Shown: positions 26,532-39,959, counted from the first letter of the stretch. The stretch: 64,000 bases of DNA from Octopus sinensis (GCF_006345805.1 NC_043000.1:138322001-138386000); one strand, 5' to 3'. Notes: generated from the letters alone by a model not told the origin. Translations and numbers: made by a program.

Positions 26532-27300
26532 TACAGGATGTTCAGCTAAATCTGAAGATTTTTATGTCCCCTTTTTTACAGAAACACCATGATGTATTGG
26601 TGAACAGTCAATGGGGAGCATAAATATTAAAGTTGTAATTGAGAAAAAAGTTAACTGATGTGGAGAACTGGAAGCCATTGGAGTACAGAAAAAGAGTTAC
26701 CTGTATTGTGATGATTCATGTTAGGTATCAAAATGCCAGCATCATGACTGTTTTTCAATGCTCTGTGAACACTAAGGGCTGTAAGACATGACATGGAACA
26801 TCATGAAAACCAACTTCCCCCAAACTGTGATGGTCTGTGGGTGTTAGGCTCAATTCAGACAGTTATGTGAAGTTGCTGGAAACTGTGGTCAAACCCTGGC
26901 TAGAGAAAATTGTTGCTGGAAGGCCATACATGTGGAAAATATGATTTTCCTCCTTGCTGTACCTTCAGAATGAGTCATGCGTGTTTGTTGGAGAACGTAT
27001 ATGACTTCGCTTGCCCTCATTTCTCACCTTCTAATTTCCCTGATTGTAATTCCATTGATTACTATGTGTAGGGTGTGATTGAGAAAGACACCAATCACTC
27101 TGCTTGCAATACCAAGGCTGAGCTGGTAGCCAAGATCAAGGATGTGTTTGAAGATCTTCCCAGGGACACAAGGAGGAACACATACACCTACACCAGGTTC
27201 TGGACCTATCTTGAGACTGTGATGGAAACTGAGGGAGGCAACGTTGAATAAACAGTTATCTCCCAGTGATAATTCTCTTTTACTCTTATGATAAAAATAT
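26532..27300 (+). mobile_element. Tc1/mariner-superfamily (maT/DD37D-like) transposon fossil, internally deleted
   Basis: TA|caggatgttcagctaaatc resembles a 5' TIR. Translated pieces include MKTNFPQTVMV, LLETVVKPWLEKIVAGRPY and PSNFPDCNSIDYYV*GVIEKDTN...EGGNVE* (stop at 27249-27251). No 3' TIR was found. Confidence 0.8.
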
Positions 27301-28550
27301 ATTGTAACTGTGACCATCCCATCTTTCTAATATTTGTTGCTTTGTTTTTTAGATAGTAGGGTGAAGCTGCTATTTCTAACATAGAAGCTTTGATTTGTTA
27401 GTTCGTATATATAAGTGTATTGTGTGCAAAGAGACTTAGGGTTTATGTGTGCTTGTGCCACAGTATGGTTGCAATCTACTGGCTGAAACTAACAATAGAC
27501 TAAAGCAACAAATAAAATATATGCTATAACGATTTAAAGAAAAATGTATGTGACTTCCACCAAAAATCAAATTCTTTTGTCTACATGAATATTTACAGAA
27601 ATTTATGATACAGTTCTTAAATACATACACATACCAAAAAAGAAAAAAAAAAAGAAAGAATGAGAAAAGCAAGCCACCAATAGTAAACCAGATGCTATTG
27701 ATTATATGAACAAAATGTCAGTCAATACATAAATAATGATTTTTATTGTTTTCCCATTCCGAAATTCTGTTGATAGACATAAAGACATTATGTCTAAGGA
27801 CAAAAAAAAAATAAAAGAATGGAAAAATCAAAATTGAATTGCAATGTCTGAAATATATTCACCTTCAAAGATTATGTATTTTTATTCTACTTAAAAAAAA
27901 AAAAAATGAAGTATTTGAATATATCGTTAATAAATTCAAAGAATTTAAATTATTAACATGGAGAGATATTTATTCTAGCATTAGAAAAAACTGCTTTTAG
28001 TAAAAAAAAGAAGAGAATTCTAAATTGCAGGATGTGTTTCAACTCAGAAATTGTCAACCATTTCAAGATATTGTCATCAATAGTTTCAACATGGCAGTGG
28101 GGAACCCTATATATGGTCACTCAATTTGCAAAGATAGCAGTTAAATCTTTCTCGTGTTACACTTTATTATTTCAAAGTGAGAATACATAGGGTCATGTTT
28201 GTTGCTGTGTCTTTATTTAAAGTGAAGTGTTGTACAGCATCCACCAAATTCTCTCATCCATAACCATCTTGAATCTAGTTGCAAGACCCGGTCAAGATGA
28301 CTGGGGATGGAGACAGATGCAGTGGATGACCAAGATGTCTGGCCCTCTGCACTCCACAATACATTGCTGCAACTGTTTTCTCTTCCATTGAACTATGAAG
28401 TTTTCTCCTGCATAATCCACTGGATTCAATCTTTAGATGCAAAGGAGGGCAAGCTGTAATATACAAGTTAACCCATAGTGGGGTACCCTGACAGATGCTT
28501 CTGTTGTGGGTCAGAGTAGACTTAAGAACTATTGTGGCTAAGTGGTATCA

Positions 28551-28765
28551 GGTGGCGAGCTGGCAGAATCATTAGCACGCTGGATGCCGCTGCGTTCTGA
28601 GTTCAAATTCTGCCGAGGTCGACTTTACCTTTCATCCTTTCCGGGTCGATAAATTAAGTACTAGTTACACACTGGGGTCGATGTAATCGACTTAATCCCT
28701 TTGTCTGTCCTTGTTTGTCCCCTCTATGTTTAGCCCCTTGTGGGCAATAAAGAAATAGGTATTTC
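28551..28765 (+). mobile_element. SINE family B (Nin) with a small internal deletion
   Basis: Head, B box, Nin domain and tail are present. Confidence 0.85.
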
Positions 28766-29170
28766 CACACTTCCCCAAGCCCTAGAACTCCCAAACTATG
28801 CTCCCATTACCAAATGTAGTTTAAAGCCAGGGTTTACATAGGATAATATACTTCTACATGCACTATAAGTGGATGAAAAATGCTGAAATAATTATGGTTG
28901 GAACACCTTCGATCATACATCTGCTTGATCAGGTCTGGTCTGAAACTAAGTAATGACTTATCAATGAAGAAGCCAAATACAGGGTTACTTGACTTGCAAA
29001 TCTCATACTACATGCTACCATTTTAAAAGAAGAGTCAAACAACAAAAACAACCTTCGTACATATGAGTCAGCTATTCTATAGAGGATGGGTTGTTCCTTT
29101 TACATACAGAGCTTTGATCCACCAAGTCTATGCAATTATTGTCAATTTAATTTTTTTATTATTAAAAAAA

Positions 29171-29486
29171 TTTTTTTTAATTATGCACCCTTTTCAAGCC
29201 TAGCCAGGCTCATGAGCCTGGTTTCCCGGTTTCTATGGCATACGTGTTCCCCCCCAGCTGGACAGGATGCCAGTCCACTGCAGCGTTACTCAAGAAACAA
29301 GAAGAAAGAGTGAGAGAAAGTTGGGCGAAAGAGTACAACAGGGGTTGCCACCACCCCCTGCCGGAGCCTCGTGGAGCTTTTAGGTGTTTTCACTCAATAA
29401 ACATGCACAACAACCGGTCTGGGAATTGAAACCGCGATCCTCCGACCGCGAGTCCGCTGCCCTAACCACTGGACCATTGCGCCTCC
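29171..29486 (-). mobile_element. tRNA-derived SINE family E (Meta-domain-like 3' part)
   Basis: Minus head ggaggcgcaatggtccagtggttagggc...gtttcaattcc; the 3' part ggactggcatcctgtccagc...atagaaaccggg resembles the Meta domain; A-rich tail. Confidence 0.75.
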
Positions 29487-30679
29487 ACCATTATTGTCAA
29501 TGCATCCCATAATCTTTAACATTACCTCAGTAACTATACATAAACTGCTATCATTTAGCCTAAAACTTGCATTGGGTATCAGTTACTAAAATTACTAAAT
29601 TAGAGAAATAAACTATAAAAAAAGTTTATAATAAAACTACTTTTTTTCAGCGCTTTATATTTGTAGTGGGTTGACACCAAGAAATCTTGCTAGAAGTAGT
29701 TATTCAACAGAGAAAGAACATTAGGCATTGCTTTATTCCAGCAAGTTCAGGAAATATGTCCAGAGCTGTCTGCTCACATTTTGCCCTCAAGAGAGAAAGG
29801 AAATGCTCTCGACAGAGCATTCAAGACTGATGAGATGATAAAAGAAAGCTGTCCAAAACCAGAAGCCTAAGCAGGCTGAAAGATCACAATAGATGCGAGG
29901 ACCAAATGATGATATTACATCAGGTAATGAATTATGTGTACAGCATAAGAACACAGATTGTAAAGAGTTGATAGAAATACAGTGAAGCATGTCTTCTGAT
30001 CCACAAATAATTTGGCCCTGAACTGGTACAAAAACAATGAAAGTTACTGTTGACTTTGGCTGAATAAGTTAGAATAACATTGGTCAATGACTAACACTGA
30101 CTTTCCACACTGCCTAATTACTTCTAGTTAAGCTTTTGATATGTCTTGCATTAAGTATATTAATACATTAGATATGCTAATACATTAAATATTTTATACT
30201 ATTCCCAGTATGAAATAAGTTAGCATTTCCTTCTGCATTAAGAATGGTTATAATACTTTGTACATTAAATATTTTAATACTGTTTTCTGTATCAAGTATG
30301 TTAACACTTACCTCTGCATTAAATATTTTAATACTATCAACTTTTTTACGTAAATGGCATCTGCAAGAAGTTAATTCTTCGTATAAAGTATGCTAAGGTT
30401 ATAATAGTAAACAGAAAAAGAAAAAAAACAACCATGTGGAGAATTCTCATTTATTTAAAATTTATTAAAATAATTCTCAAACATGAAAATTAGGCAAAAC
30501 CCAATGTCATCAGTAATGAGTACTAAACTTACTACATAATTTGGTATTTGGTATTTAAAAAAAAATATAGCAATTCGGATTCAAATATATCGCTATTTAA
30601 ATATTCTTCTATATTGAAAACAGGTCTGGTTCAGAACTACTCATTCTATTAATCAAATTAATATTGGTACTCAAAGGAC

Positions 30680-31437
30680 CTGTTAAGTCAAGAGAAATCA
30701 TTGTTGTGGCCAATGCCAGTACTACCTGACTGGCACCTATGCCTGTGGCAAGTAAAAAGTGCCATTCAAGCATGATTGACGCCAGTCCCACCAGACTGAT
30801 TCCTGTACCGGTGGCACATAAAAAGCACCATTTGAGCATGGTCATTGCCAGTGCTGCTTGACTGGTCCCATACTAGTGGCACATAAAAAGCACCAGTTGA
30901 GCGTGGTTGATGCTAGTACTGCCTGACTGGCCTCCATGTCGGTGGCATGTAAAAAGCACTGACTACATTCTTGTAGCGGTTACCATTAAGAAGGTCATCC
31001 AGCTGTAGAAGACTTGCCAGATCAGACTGGAGCCTGGTGCAGCCACTTGGCTTGCCAGTCCTCTATCAAACCATCCAACCCATGCCAGCATGGAAAGTGG
31101 ATGTAAAAAGCACCATTCAAGTGTGCTCGATACCAGTGCTGCCTGACTGGCTCCCATGCCAGTGGCACATGAAAAGCACCATTTGAGTGTAGTCAATGCC
31201 AGAACCGCCTGACTAGTCACTCCATGCAAGTGGCATGTAAAAAGCACCAGTTGAGCGTGGTTGATGCTAGTACTACCTGACTGGCCCCCATGCCAGTGGC
31301 AAGTAAAAAGCACCCACTGTAGAAACCTTGCCAGATCAGATTGGAGTCTGGTACAGCCTCTTGGCTTGCCAGTCCTTAGTCAAACCATGTAGCTCATGCT
31401 AGCATGGAAAGCAGACGTTAAGCGATGATGATGATGA
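30680..31437 (+). mobile_element. Tandem dimer of the RTE 3' UTR (4 plus 3 hairpin units)
   Basis: Two successive unit arrays, each followed by the conserved 3' segment; only the second has the (GAT)n tail. Confidence 0.8.
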
Positions 31438-31846
31438 AAATGAAAGTATTAATGCAAAAATAGAGAAGTCATTCCTTGTAAAGTTCATATGTATATGTAC
31501 GTACACATGTGCATGTGTGTGCTCTTGAGAATGTTAGTGTCGCATATCCTTGACATTGCATTATAGTTGTAAATGCATGTCATACAAGTGGTGACCATTC
31601 TGTCTAAACTCTTCTGAAAATATCGCTTACTTAGAAACTGGTGAGGGTTGGTGACAGGAAGGCCATCCTGCCATAAAAATAATCTGCCTTGAGAAATCCC
31701 ATCTAGCCCATGTGAATATGCAAAAGTGGAATTTAAAATAATGATGAAGATGACCAATTGGGTTCTATCCTAAGTTGATTGCCTTTATTCTGGTTTGTTA
31801 ACTTCGTTATATCATGTAAATTTGTACTATTAACAAAATACAAATA

Positions 31847-32199
31847 TGTTGAGTCAAGTACATCAACATCAAAATAAAAATCAAATGGAATTGTAGTTGT
31901 GATACCTGTGCCGGTGGCACATAAAAAGCACCATCTGAACGTGGCCGATGCTAGCTCCGCCTTGGCTGGCTTCCGTGCCGGTGGCACGTAAAAAGCACTA
32001 ACTGATCGTGGCTGTTGCCAACATCCTCTGGCCCCTTAGCCGGTGGCATGTAAAAAGAACCCACTACACTCACGGTAGGAAGGGCATCCAGCTGTAGAAA
32101 CACTGCCAGATCAGACTGGAGCCTGGTGCAGTCTCCTGGCTTCCCAGACATTGGTTGAACTGTCCAACTCATGCTAGCATGGAAAACAGACGTTAAACA

Positions 32200-32235
<36 letters not shown>

Positions 32236-32462
32236 TTATATACGGCGTAAATGCACTCTGCTGCATAAATGTATCCATGCCAGTCACACATAAAAAACGG
32301 CCGGCACACTCTGTAAAGTGGTTGGTATTAGGAAGAGTATCCAGCTGTAGTAACCATGCCTCAACAGACAGTTGGTGTCTGGACAGTTCCCTGCTAGCTA
32401 GCACCATGTCAAACCAGCCAACCCATGCTAGCATGGAAAGCAGATGTTAAACAATGATGATG
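31847..32462 (+). mobile_element. Two adjacent RTE 3' UTR copies (31847-32234 and 32270-32462)
   Basis: Both end in catgctagcatggaaa...gttaaaca(atg)n; the first is the same subfamily as 56865. Confidence 0.8.
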
Positions 32463-33264
32463 GCTGCTATCAAATGCAGTAAAATTAAAATAGTTGAAAC
32501 TGAGTTTAACTCAGATCACAAACTAATTAAGTCTCATTGAATATAAAGAAATTAAATCAGTGATTTGTTATTCACAGAAAGAGAATTGACATGATGAAAA
32601 CTGATCAGTGTTTTCTGAGTTAAAGAAGCAATTCTCTTCAAATAAATATGTTAATAACTTTGGTTTATACATTGATTCAATGTCTGTTATAGAATCATCA
32701 CATAATTGCCAATATCACAAGTAATGATATTCTATCTCAATTTCATATGCTTAAACACATGTAGATAATAGATGTCTATTCTATATTGTTTTCTGATTCA
32801 GTTTATTAGACCAAGGTACAAAAGCGAAAAATTTGTGGCAAAGAATCCCATCAAAGCAATAAATAAGTAATATTAACAGCAACAACAAAAACTTCTACAA
32901 AACAAAACAACAAATGGATATACATGCATTCATGTACAAAGAATATGAGGGGTTTAGTACACTGATGATCAAACCAATAGTTTTGGTCATCAGTTGGTCA
33001 TCCATTAGGTTCCAAGTTCACAGCTGAGGCTGGAACTAGGGGTCCATAATAGGCTTCCAAGTCAGCAGGTTTATATTAAAGAGAAAGGTAAACAAAACCA
33101 AGGCAGTGTATATCCATTTGTATAATATGTGCCAGCATGGCTTTGTGGTTAATAGATTCGTTTGAAAATTACATGGTTTGGGTTTGATTTCATAATATGG
33201 AAGATTGACTAGGATTTTCTTCCAGAGCTTTTGATCATTCAAAACCATATCAATAAACTTTAGA

Positions 33265-33422
33265 GGCACAGGAGTGGCTGTGTGGTAAGCAGCTTGCTTA
33301 CCAACTACATGGTTCCGGGTTCATTCCCACTGCGTGGCACCTTGGACAAGTGTCTTCTACTATAGCCTCGGGTCGACCAAAGCCATGTGAGTGGATTTGG
33401 TAGACGGAAACTGAAAGAAGCC

Positions 33423-33478
<56 letters not shown>

Positions 33479-33720
33479 GTATGTGTGTGTGTGTGTATAT
33501 GTTTGTGTGTCTGTGTTTGTCCCACCCACCCAACATTGCTTGACGACCAATGGTGGTGTGTTTACATCCCCATAACATAGTGGTTCGGCAAAAGAGACCG
33601 ATAGAATAAGTACTAGGCTTACAAAGAATAAGTGCTGGGGTCGATTTGCTCGACTAAAGGTGGTGCTCCAGCATGGCCACAGTCAAATGACTGAAACAAG
33701 TAAAAGAGCAAAAGAGTAAA
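33265..33720 (+). mobile_element. SINE family A
   Basis: Full length; many CpGs converted to TG/CA. Confidence 0.9.
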
Positions 33721-34203
33721 TAGATACTGAGCAGAAGACAAACTGTAGAAAATATCCACTCTGTGAGTGGTAGTCTTTTCTCTCACCTGGCTTAATATAG
33801 CCACTTAACCCTTGGTTTGCTTCAGTAGAATCTACTCTTGTGCAATCACTCAGGCCTTCATTGCTTCTTTGATGATTGATGAGGATATCTCTTGAGGCAG
33901 ATACGTGCCCATAAGTGTCCTCATATTTTCAGGTAATAAAGTTGTCCATTTTCTTAATGCAATGTCAGATTTTGTGATTATTTTTCTTCTCTTTTGGTGC
34001 TAGTTTCCACTGCCATCTAATAATTGCGTTGCATTCTGTAGAGCTGAAAATGATTAAAAATGAGAAAATTTAAGAATCTATATTGAGTGGTATGTTCTGT
34101 ATTGCCTTGTGCTTATATGTTAATCTTTGCTTTCCTGCTGGTGAGAGCTTCACCTAGAAAATTAATTTATTTGCTGAAGAGAGCTTGAAACCATGTTCCA
34201 GGA

Positions 34204-34373
34204 AACGTTGTGAGTTCAAATTCCGCCGAGGTCGACTTTGCCTTTCATCCTTTCGGGGTCGATAAATTAAGTACCATTTACGCACTGGGGTTGAAGTAAT
34301 CGACTTAATACCTATGTCTGTCCTTGTTTGTCCCCTCTATTTTTAGCCCCTTGTGGGTAATAAAGAAATAGGT
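34204..34373 (+). mobile_element. SINE family B, 5'-truncated
   Basis: B box, Nin domain and tail. Confidence 0.85.
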
Positions 34374-34599
34374 AAATATTTTTATTTTTCATTCCCTTTC
34401 AAAATAACCAACTACTCCTTCTAGCAGGTTAGATGTCCTTTTATGGCCATCTCTTATGTGTTGAACTGTACACTGTATTTATATGAATAATATATAGTCT
34501 ATTGACTAGTATTTTTACATGCAAAGCCACTAATAATAAAAAATTTCTAAATAATTTTTACTACCCTGAAATTTATCAATATATATATATATATACATA

Positions 34600-35013
34600 C
34601 TCTCTCTTTCTCTTTAACTCTTTTACTTGTTTCAGTCATTTGACTGCAGCCATGCTGGAGCACCGCATTTAATCGAGCAACTCGACCCCGGGACTTATTC
34701 TTTTGTAAGCCCAGTACTTATTTTATCGGTCACTTTTGCCGAACCGCTAAGTAACGGGCACATAAACACACCAGCATCGGTTGTCAAGCAATGCTAGGAG
34801 GACAAATACAGACACACAAACACACACACGCATATGTATATACATATATACGACAGGCTTCTTTCAGTTTCCGTCTACCAAATCCACTCACAAGGCTTTG
34901 GTCAGCCCGAGGCTATAGTAGAAGACACTTGCCCATGGTGCCACGCAGTGGGACTGAACCCGGAACCATGTGGCTGGTAAACAAGCTACTTACCACACAG
35001 CCACTCCTGCACC
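34600..35013 (-). mobile_element. SINE family A
   Basis: Full length. Confidence 0.9.
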
Positions 35014-35135
35014 TATATATATGGTTAAGTTAATCCAAACATGAAAATGCAAAGACAAAACACAACGACACAAGGACGTGGAACAAGTATAGTGTTATTG
35101 AACACTCAGGAAAGGAAAGAAAGAAAGATCTAACA
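35014..35135 (-). mobile_element. P1 element fragment between (TA)n runs
   Basis: gttaatccaaacatgaaa...ggacgtggaacaagtatagtgttattg matches 8330-8420; it ends before the hammerhead. Confidence 0.6.
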
Positions 35136-35207
35136 TTATATATATATATGTACATATATATGTATATATATATGTTCGATAGACATATATATACATACAC
35201 CTCTCTT

Positions 35208-35263
<56 letters not shown>

Positions 35264-35267
35264 AGTA

Positions 35268-35310
<43 letters not shown>

Positions 35311-35311
<1 letters not shown>

Positions 35312-35551
35312 CTCTCTCTTTCTCTTTACTCTTTTACTTGTTTCAGTCACTTGACTGTGGCCATACTGGAGCACTGCCTTTAGTCAAGCAAATCGACCCC
35401 AGGACTTATTCTTTGTAAGCCTAGTACTTATTCTATTGGTCCCTATTGCCGAACCGCTAAATTACGGAGACGTAAACACACCAACATCGGTTGTCAAGCA
35501 ATGTTTGGGGGACAAACACAGACACACAAACATACACACACACATACATAC

Positions 35552-35584
<33 letters not shown>

Positions 35585-35742
35585 GATGGGCTTCTTTCAG
35601 TTTCCGTCTACTATATCCACTGACAAGGCTTTAGTTGGCCCGAGGCTATAGTAGAAGACACTTGCCCAAGATGCCATGCAGTGGGACTGAACCCGGGACC
35701 ATGTGGTTCGCAAGCAAGCTACTTACCACACAGCCACTCCTA
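35311..35742 (-). mobile_element. SINE family A
   Basis: Full length. Confidence 0.9.
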
Positions 35743-36400
35743 TATGTGTATATATTTCTTGCATTTGAAATATTACTAGGAATCATTCTTTTCATATACG
35801 ATTCAAAGTGAGAAATGTAAATATTTCGTATGTCTTTATCTCAAAGTGCATTTTGAGATGTGTAGCTGTTAATATACACATACACACGTATGCTTACATT
35901 TCTGAATATATGATGCATCTTAGCTGTAGGGAAACCCAAATAACTAAATTTCCTTGTATGTGGCATAAACTACACATTAGAATATCAATCTTCTTGTTGG
36001 CAGACAAACAGTTTATACCTAAACCAAACTCACATGTTTGATTAATTCCTTTCCCCATTTTCTTGTTGAACATCACATACGTACACATCCTTAATTCTTT
36101 CTGATTCTTAGTTGAGTAAATTCTAATGTTATTTACCCACAAATCAGGTAGGGACCCATTCAACTGAGGATTGAAAATGTTTGTTATTGCAGCCATGCAT
36201 CATCTCTTGAAGGTTTGATTTGACAGGAAAATATCTCATCATCTAACTTGATGCTTACTTGCATATACTGACGTATAACTAATATATATCAAGGTAAAAG
36301 AACAGAACTTGGGCCTTTTGTATCATGGTGAGATTAACTCAGTCATCTAAATTGTTGATATGATCAAGATAAAGTACAAGTCTTATAAGATGTAAGTGAA

Positions 36401-37120
36401 GGCGTAGGAGTGGCTGTGTGGTAAGTAGCTTGCTTACCAACCACATGGTTCCGGGTTCAGTCCCACTGCATGGCACCTTGGGCAAGTGTCTTCTACTATA
36501 GCCTCAGGCCAACCAAAGCCTTGTGAATGGATTTGATAGATGGAAACTGAAAGAAGCCCATCGTATATATGTATATATATGCATGTGTGTGTGTATGTTT
36601 GGGTGTCTGCGTTTGTCCCCCCAACATTGCTTGATAACCGATGGTGGTGTGTTTATGTCCCCATAACTTAGCAGTTCGGCAAAAGAGATGTTAGGGAAGA
36701 AGTTAGTGAAGGCATAGGAGTAGCTGTGTGGTAAGTAGCTTGCTTACCAACCACATGGTTCCAGGTTCAGTCCCACTGTGTGGCACCTTAGGCAAGTGTC
36801 TTCTACTATAGTCTCAGGCCGACCAAAGCCTTGTGAGTGGACTTAGTAGACGGAAACTGAAAGAAGCCCGTCGTATATATGTATATATATGCATGTGTGT
36901 GTATGTTTGGGTGTCTGCATTTGTCCCCCCAACATAGCTTGACAACCGATGGTGGTGTATTTATGTCCCCGTAACTTAGCGGTTCGGCAACAGCGACCGA
37001 TAGAATAAATATTAGGCTTACAAAGAATAAGTCCTGGGGTCGATTTGCTCTACTAAAGGAGATGCTCCAGCATGGCCACAGTCAAATGATTGAAACAAGT
37101 AAAAGAGTAAAAGAGTAAAA
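36401..37120 (+). mobile_element. Locally duplicated SINE family A (36401-36688 partial; 36711-37120 full)
   Basis: The two copies share private variants (tttgggtgtc, gatggtggtg, tttatgtcc) and the 5' flank agtgaa. Confidence 0.88.
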
Positions 37121-37539
37121 CGAGAGTAATCTAGTAAGCAAAGTAGTAGTTTCTCAGCAATACCAAAAGAAAAGGAAAAGGTTAATTCACTTCTAAACAC
37201 GTTCAATTTTTATGGTGTAAAAAAAAAAAATAGCATTACAACATTTCTTTTACTTCCTAATTCAACATTTCCGAAATTATGTTTTATGAAATATTTGCAG
37301 TAAGTATACATGGATAAACATGTTATGAATACTGTGACATAACATTAAACAGATTTTTTTTTTATATTCCTCTTTCCAGCATTTTGTAGTTTTAAGCTAA
37401 ATACATTGCGTTGCATATTATTAGTACAACATTTCTGAAAGGCAAGACAGCAAATGTTATGTGAAGAAGCAAATATATACAAAAAATCGAAAGCATTCAT
37501 ACATATAAGTGTTAGTGCGTGTTTACAAACATGCATGTT

Positions 37540-37694
37540 TGTTGCATCAGTGTGTATATGTAAATATGTAAGTAAATGTATAAGTATATATATATATATA
37601 TGTAAATATATAAGTATATAAGTGTGTATTTATCCACACACATGTATATATATTTACAAGGGTTTGTGGATATATGTGTATGTATGTGTATATA

Positions 37695-37726
<32 letters not shown>

Positions 37727-37814
37727 CATATATATACATATATATATATATACACACACACATATATATATGCATATTCACATATATATATACATATGAA
37801 TATGCATATATATA

Positions 37815-37849
<35 letters not shown>

Positions 37850-37960
37850 GCATCTGTATACATATATATATATGTATGTATGTATGTATATATGTGTATT
37901 TGTGTATAAATGTATATCATGGCATGTGTATCTATGTATATAGATAAAAACATAGATAGA
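37540..37960. repeat. (TA)/(TG)/(CA) low-complexity array
   Basis: Directly visible. Confidence 0.92.
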
Positions 37961-38532
37961 TAAATAGATAAAGATATAGTTTAAGCAGATGTGTCTATGG
38001 CTGTATATTAAGAAATTTGTTTCACAACATGTGTTTTAGATTCGATCCTATTGCATGACACCTGAGGCAAGTGTCTTCTAATACGTACTCTTAGGTTTAC
38101 CATGTCTTGTGACTGGAATTTGGTAAATGGAAAATGTGCAGGAGTCTATCTTATGCATGCGTACATTCCAGTGTATGTGTTTGTGTGTGTTTATGTATAT
38201 GTGTGAGTGTTTCGGTTTTTAAACCGGTAAACTATATCCCTGTATATCATAATATGTCACTGTATATGTTAGCTTTAAAAAGCTATCTGTCAGTAGATTA
38301 TTACCTTAAAATGTCCTCTTCGACACTTTGGAAGGGCATCTATCCATAGCAACTGTGTCAAAGCAAAGATCAAATCATGATGTAATCCCCAAATATGTGC
38401 AAAGCCGGTCAGACTGTCCAACCCATTAAGTGTAGAATATGCATGTTAAATGATGACGATGATGATAATGATGACAATGATGACAATGATGATGTATGTA
38501 TGTATGTATGTATGTATGTATGTATGTATGTA

Positions 38533-39007
38533 CACAAGCACCGGTTGCGTTGGACTGGACACCTTAGAATGGAGGATAGAAAGATTCCTAAGCAGATGCT
38601 CTATGGAGAACTTGTGAATGGAAGGAGACTCCGGCAGAAACCAAGGCTGCGATTTAAGGACTGTGTCAAGTCCTCATTAAAGGCCTTTGATATGCAGGAC
38701 ACTGACTGGGAGAACAATGCCTGTCATCGCCACAGATGAAGGAAGCAGGTTAAGGAGGGGATCGACACTTTTGAGAGAGCACGTATCCAGCATGAAGAAC
38801 TTAAGCGAGCTGCTCGAAAGCGCACGGATCGTATAGTGAATGGGGAAAGCTTGGTTTGCAATGTTTGCAGTCATGTATGCTTGTCAAGAGCAGGGCTCAT
38901 TAGCCACCAACGGAGCCGCAAATTCAAAATATAAGTTAGTCCTAGAGCGCACAATGTTCTTGAAGGTCGGCAATGGTCTTCCTCGGTCACGAGTGGACGG
39001 CCATCAT
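38533..39007 (+). mobile_element. RTE-BovB-like LINE 3' end inserted in (GTAT)n
   Basis: RLRWTGHLRMEDRKIPKQMLYGEL...RFKD...W...; a TGG-to-TGA stop at 38737; C-terminal CxxC...LISHQR zinc finger; GTAT repeats on both sides. Confidence 0.9.
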
Positions 39008-39235
39008 GTATGTATGTATGAATGAATTGTGAACACAACGAAAAAGACAATACTGGTTGGACAGGTTTAAACAAATGTTAAATTAGTTTAATGTTTAAGA
39101 AAGAAGGTAAAGAGACTTGGACATTTCAGATGCTAATATCTTCAATAGAAGAAAAAATAAAGTAAAGGAGGGGTGTGAAAAAGGAAAAGTGTTTGAGACC
39201 CAGGCAGGAATGCAGTTCTGTGCTGGTGGTGGTGG

Positions 39236-39665
39236 TAATGTAATGTAATGTTATGTAATGTAATGTTCGTCCTTCGGGTTCGAAGATGACCATTGACATC
39301 ATTTGGTGGAATTGCTGCTATGAGACCGGAAGTGGCTGGTGAGGCCTATCCGGGCATACAGGTGGGACAGAAGTGGGTAGGGGCTGTGCTTTTGGTGCAG
39401 GTGGCTCTGGCTTTCCGCATCTGGCGTTTCTGTTCTGCTGACTGAATCCGTCTCTCCTCGGCTGTCTTTGCTCCTGTGGTGATTGCCCTGTGCCAGGATG
39501 AGCGGTCGGCAGCAAGTGTCTCCCAAGTCTCTGTGTCGATGGAGAAGTCCTCGAGAGAGACTTTGAGACTGTCTTTGAAGCGCTTCTTCTGCCCTCCAAC
39601 TTTGTGTTTTCCCTGGCTGAGTTCACCGTAGAAGAGCTGTTTTGGGATACGAGTGTCGGATGCGA
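39236..39665 (-). mobile_element. Second RTE-BovB-like LINE 3' end with a (ACATT)n tail
   Basis: DTRIPKQLFYGELSQGKHKVGGQKKRFKD...WETLAADRSSWH...CPTC, then frameshifted ARIGLTSHFRSH. Confidence 0.9.
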
Positions 39666-39959
39666 GTGGTGATGGTAAGTCAGAAAGATAAAAGGGGAAG
39701 GGGTGTGTTTTCTTATATAGGAGTGCCTCAATCTTTTGAAATAACATTAGGGGTGAGTGGCATGTGTAATGTTTTGTGGTGTATGTGTGTAAAGGCATGC
39801 AAATATAGAAGTTTACTAGTGTGGATTAGGTTGTTGAGAGTGAACTAAGCAAAAATTGGAGAAAAACTGTGAGTGTGTGTGCATATATAATCAATATGTA
39901 ATTATAGCCTGAATTTTATCTACCTATCTACTTATCTATTTATTATATATATATATATA

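Noticed and set aside
29827-29850. CTGATGA...GAAA as another hammerhead
   Set aside because: The intervening bases cannot form stem II, and stems I and III are absent.
29709-29922. Plus-strand exon bounded by cag and GTAATG
   Set aside because: All three frames contain stops and no recognisable product.
30146-30340. Degenerate 80-88-nt minisatellite
   Set aside because: Only about 2.3 AT-rich diverged units; no evidence of function.
30700-31320. CRISPR-like array of palindromic repeats
   Set aside because: The units are contiguous degenerate copies with no unique spacers, lie inside a LINE 3' UTR, and no cas genes are present.
32961-32994. TGATGA-containing hairpin as a C/D snoRNA
   Set aside because: The motif is paired within a short hairpin, with no D box at a suitable distance and no terminal stem.
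33790-34046. Minus-strand frame with a single UAG that A-to-I editing could recode
   Set aside because: No homology or local dsRNA support; a lone stop within about 65 codons is unremarkable.
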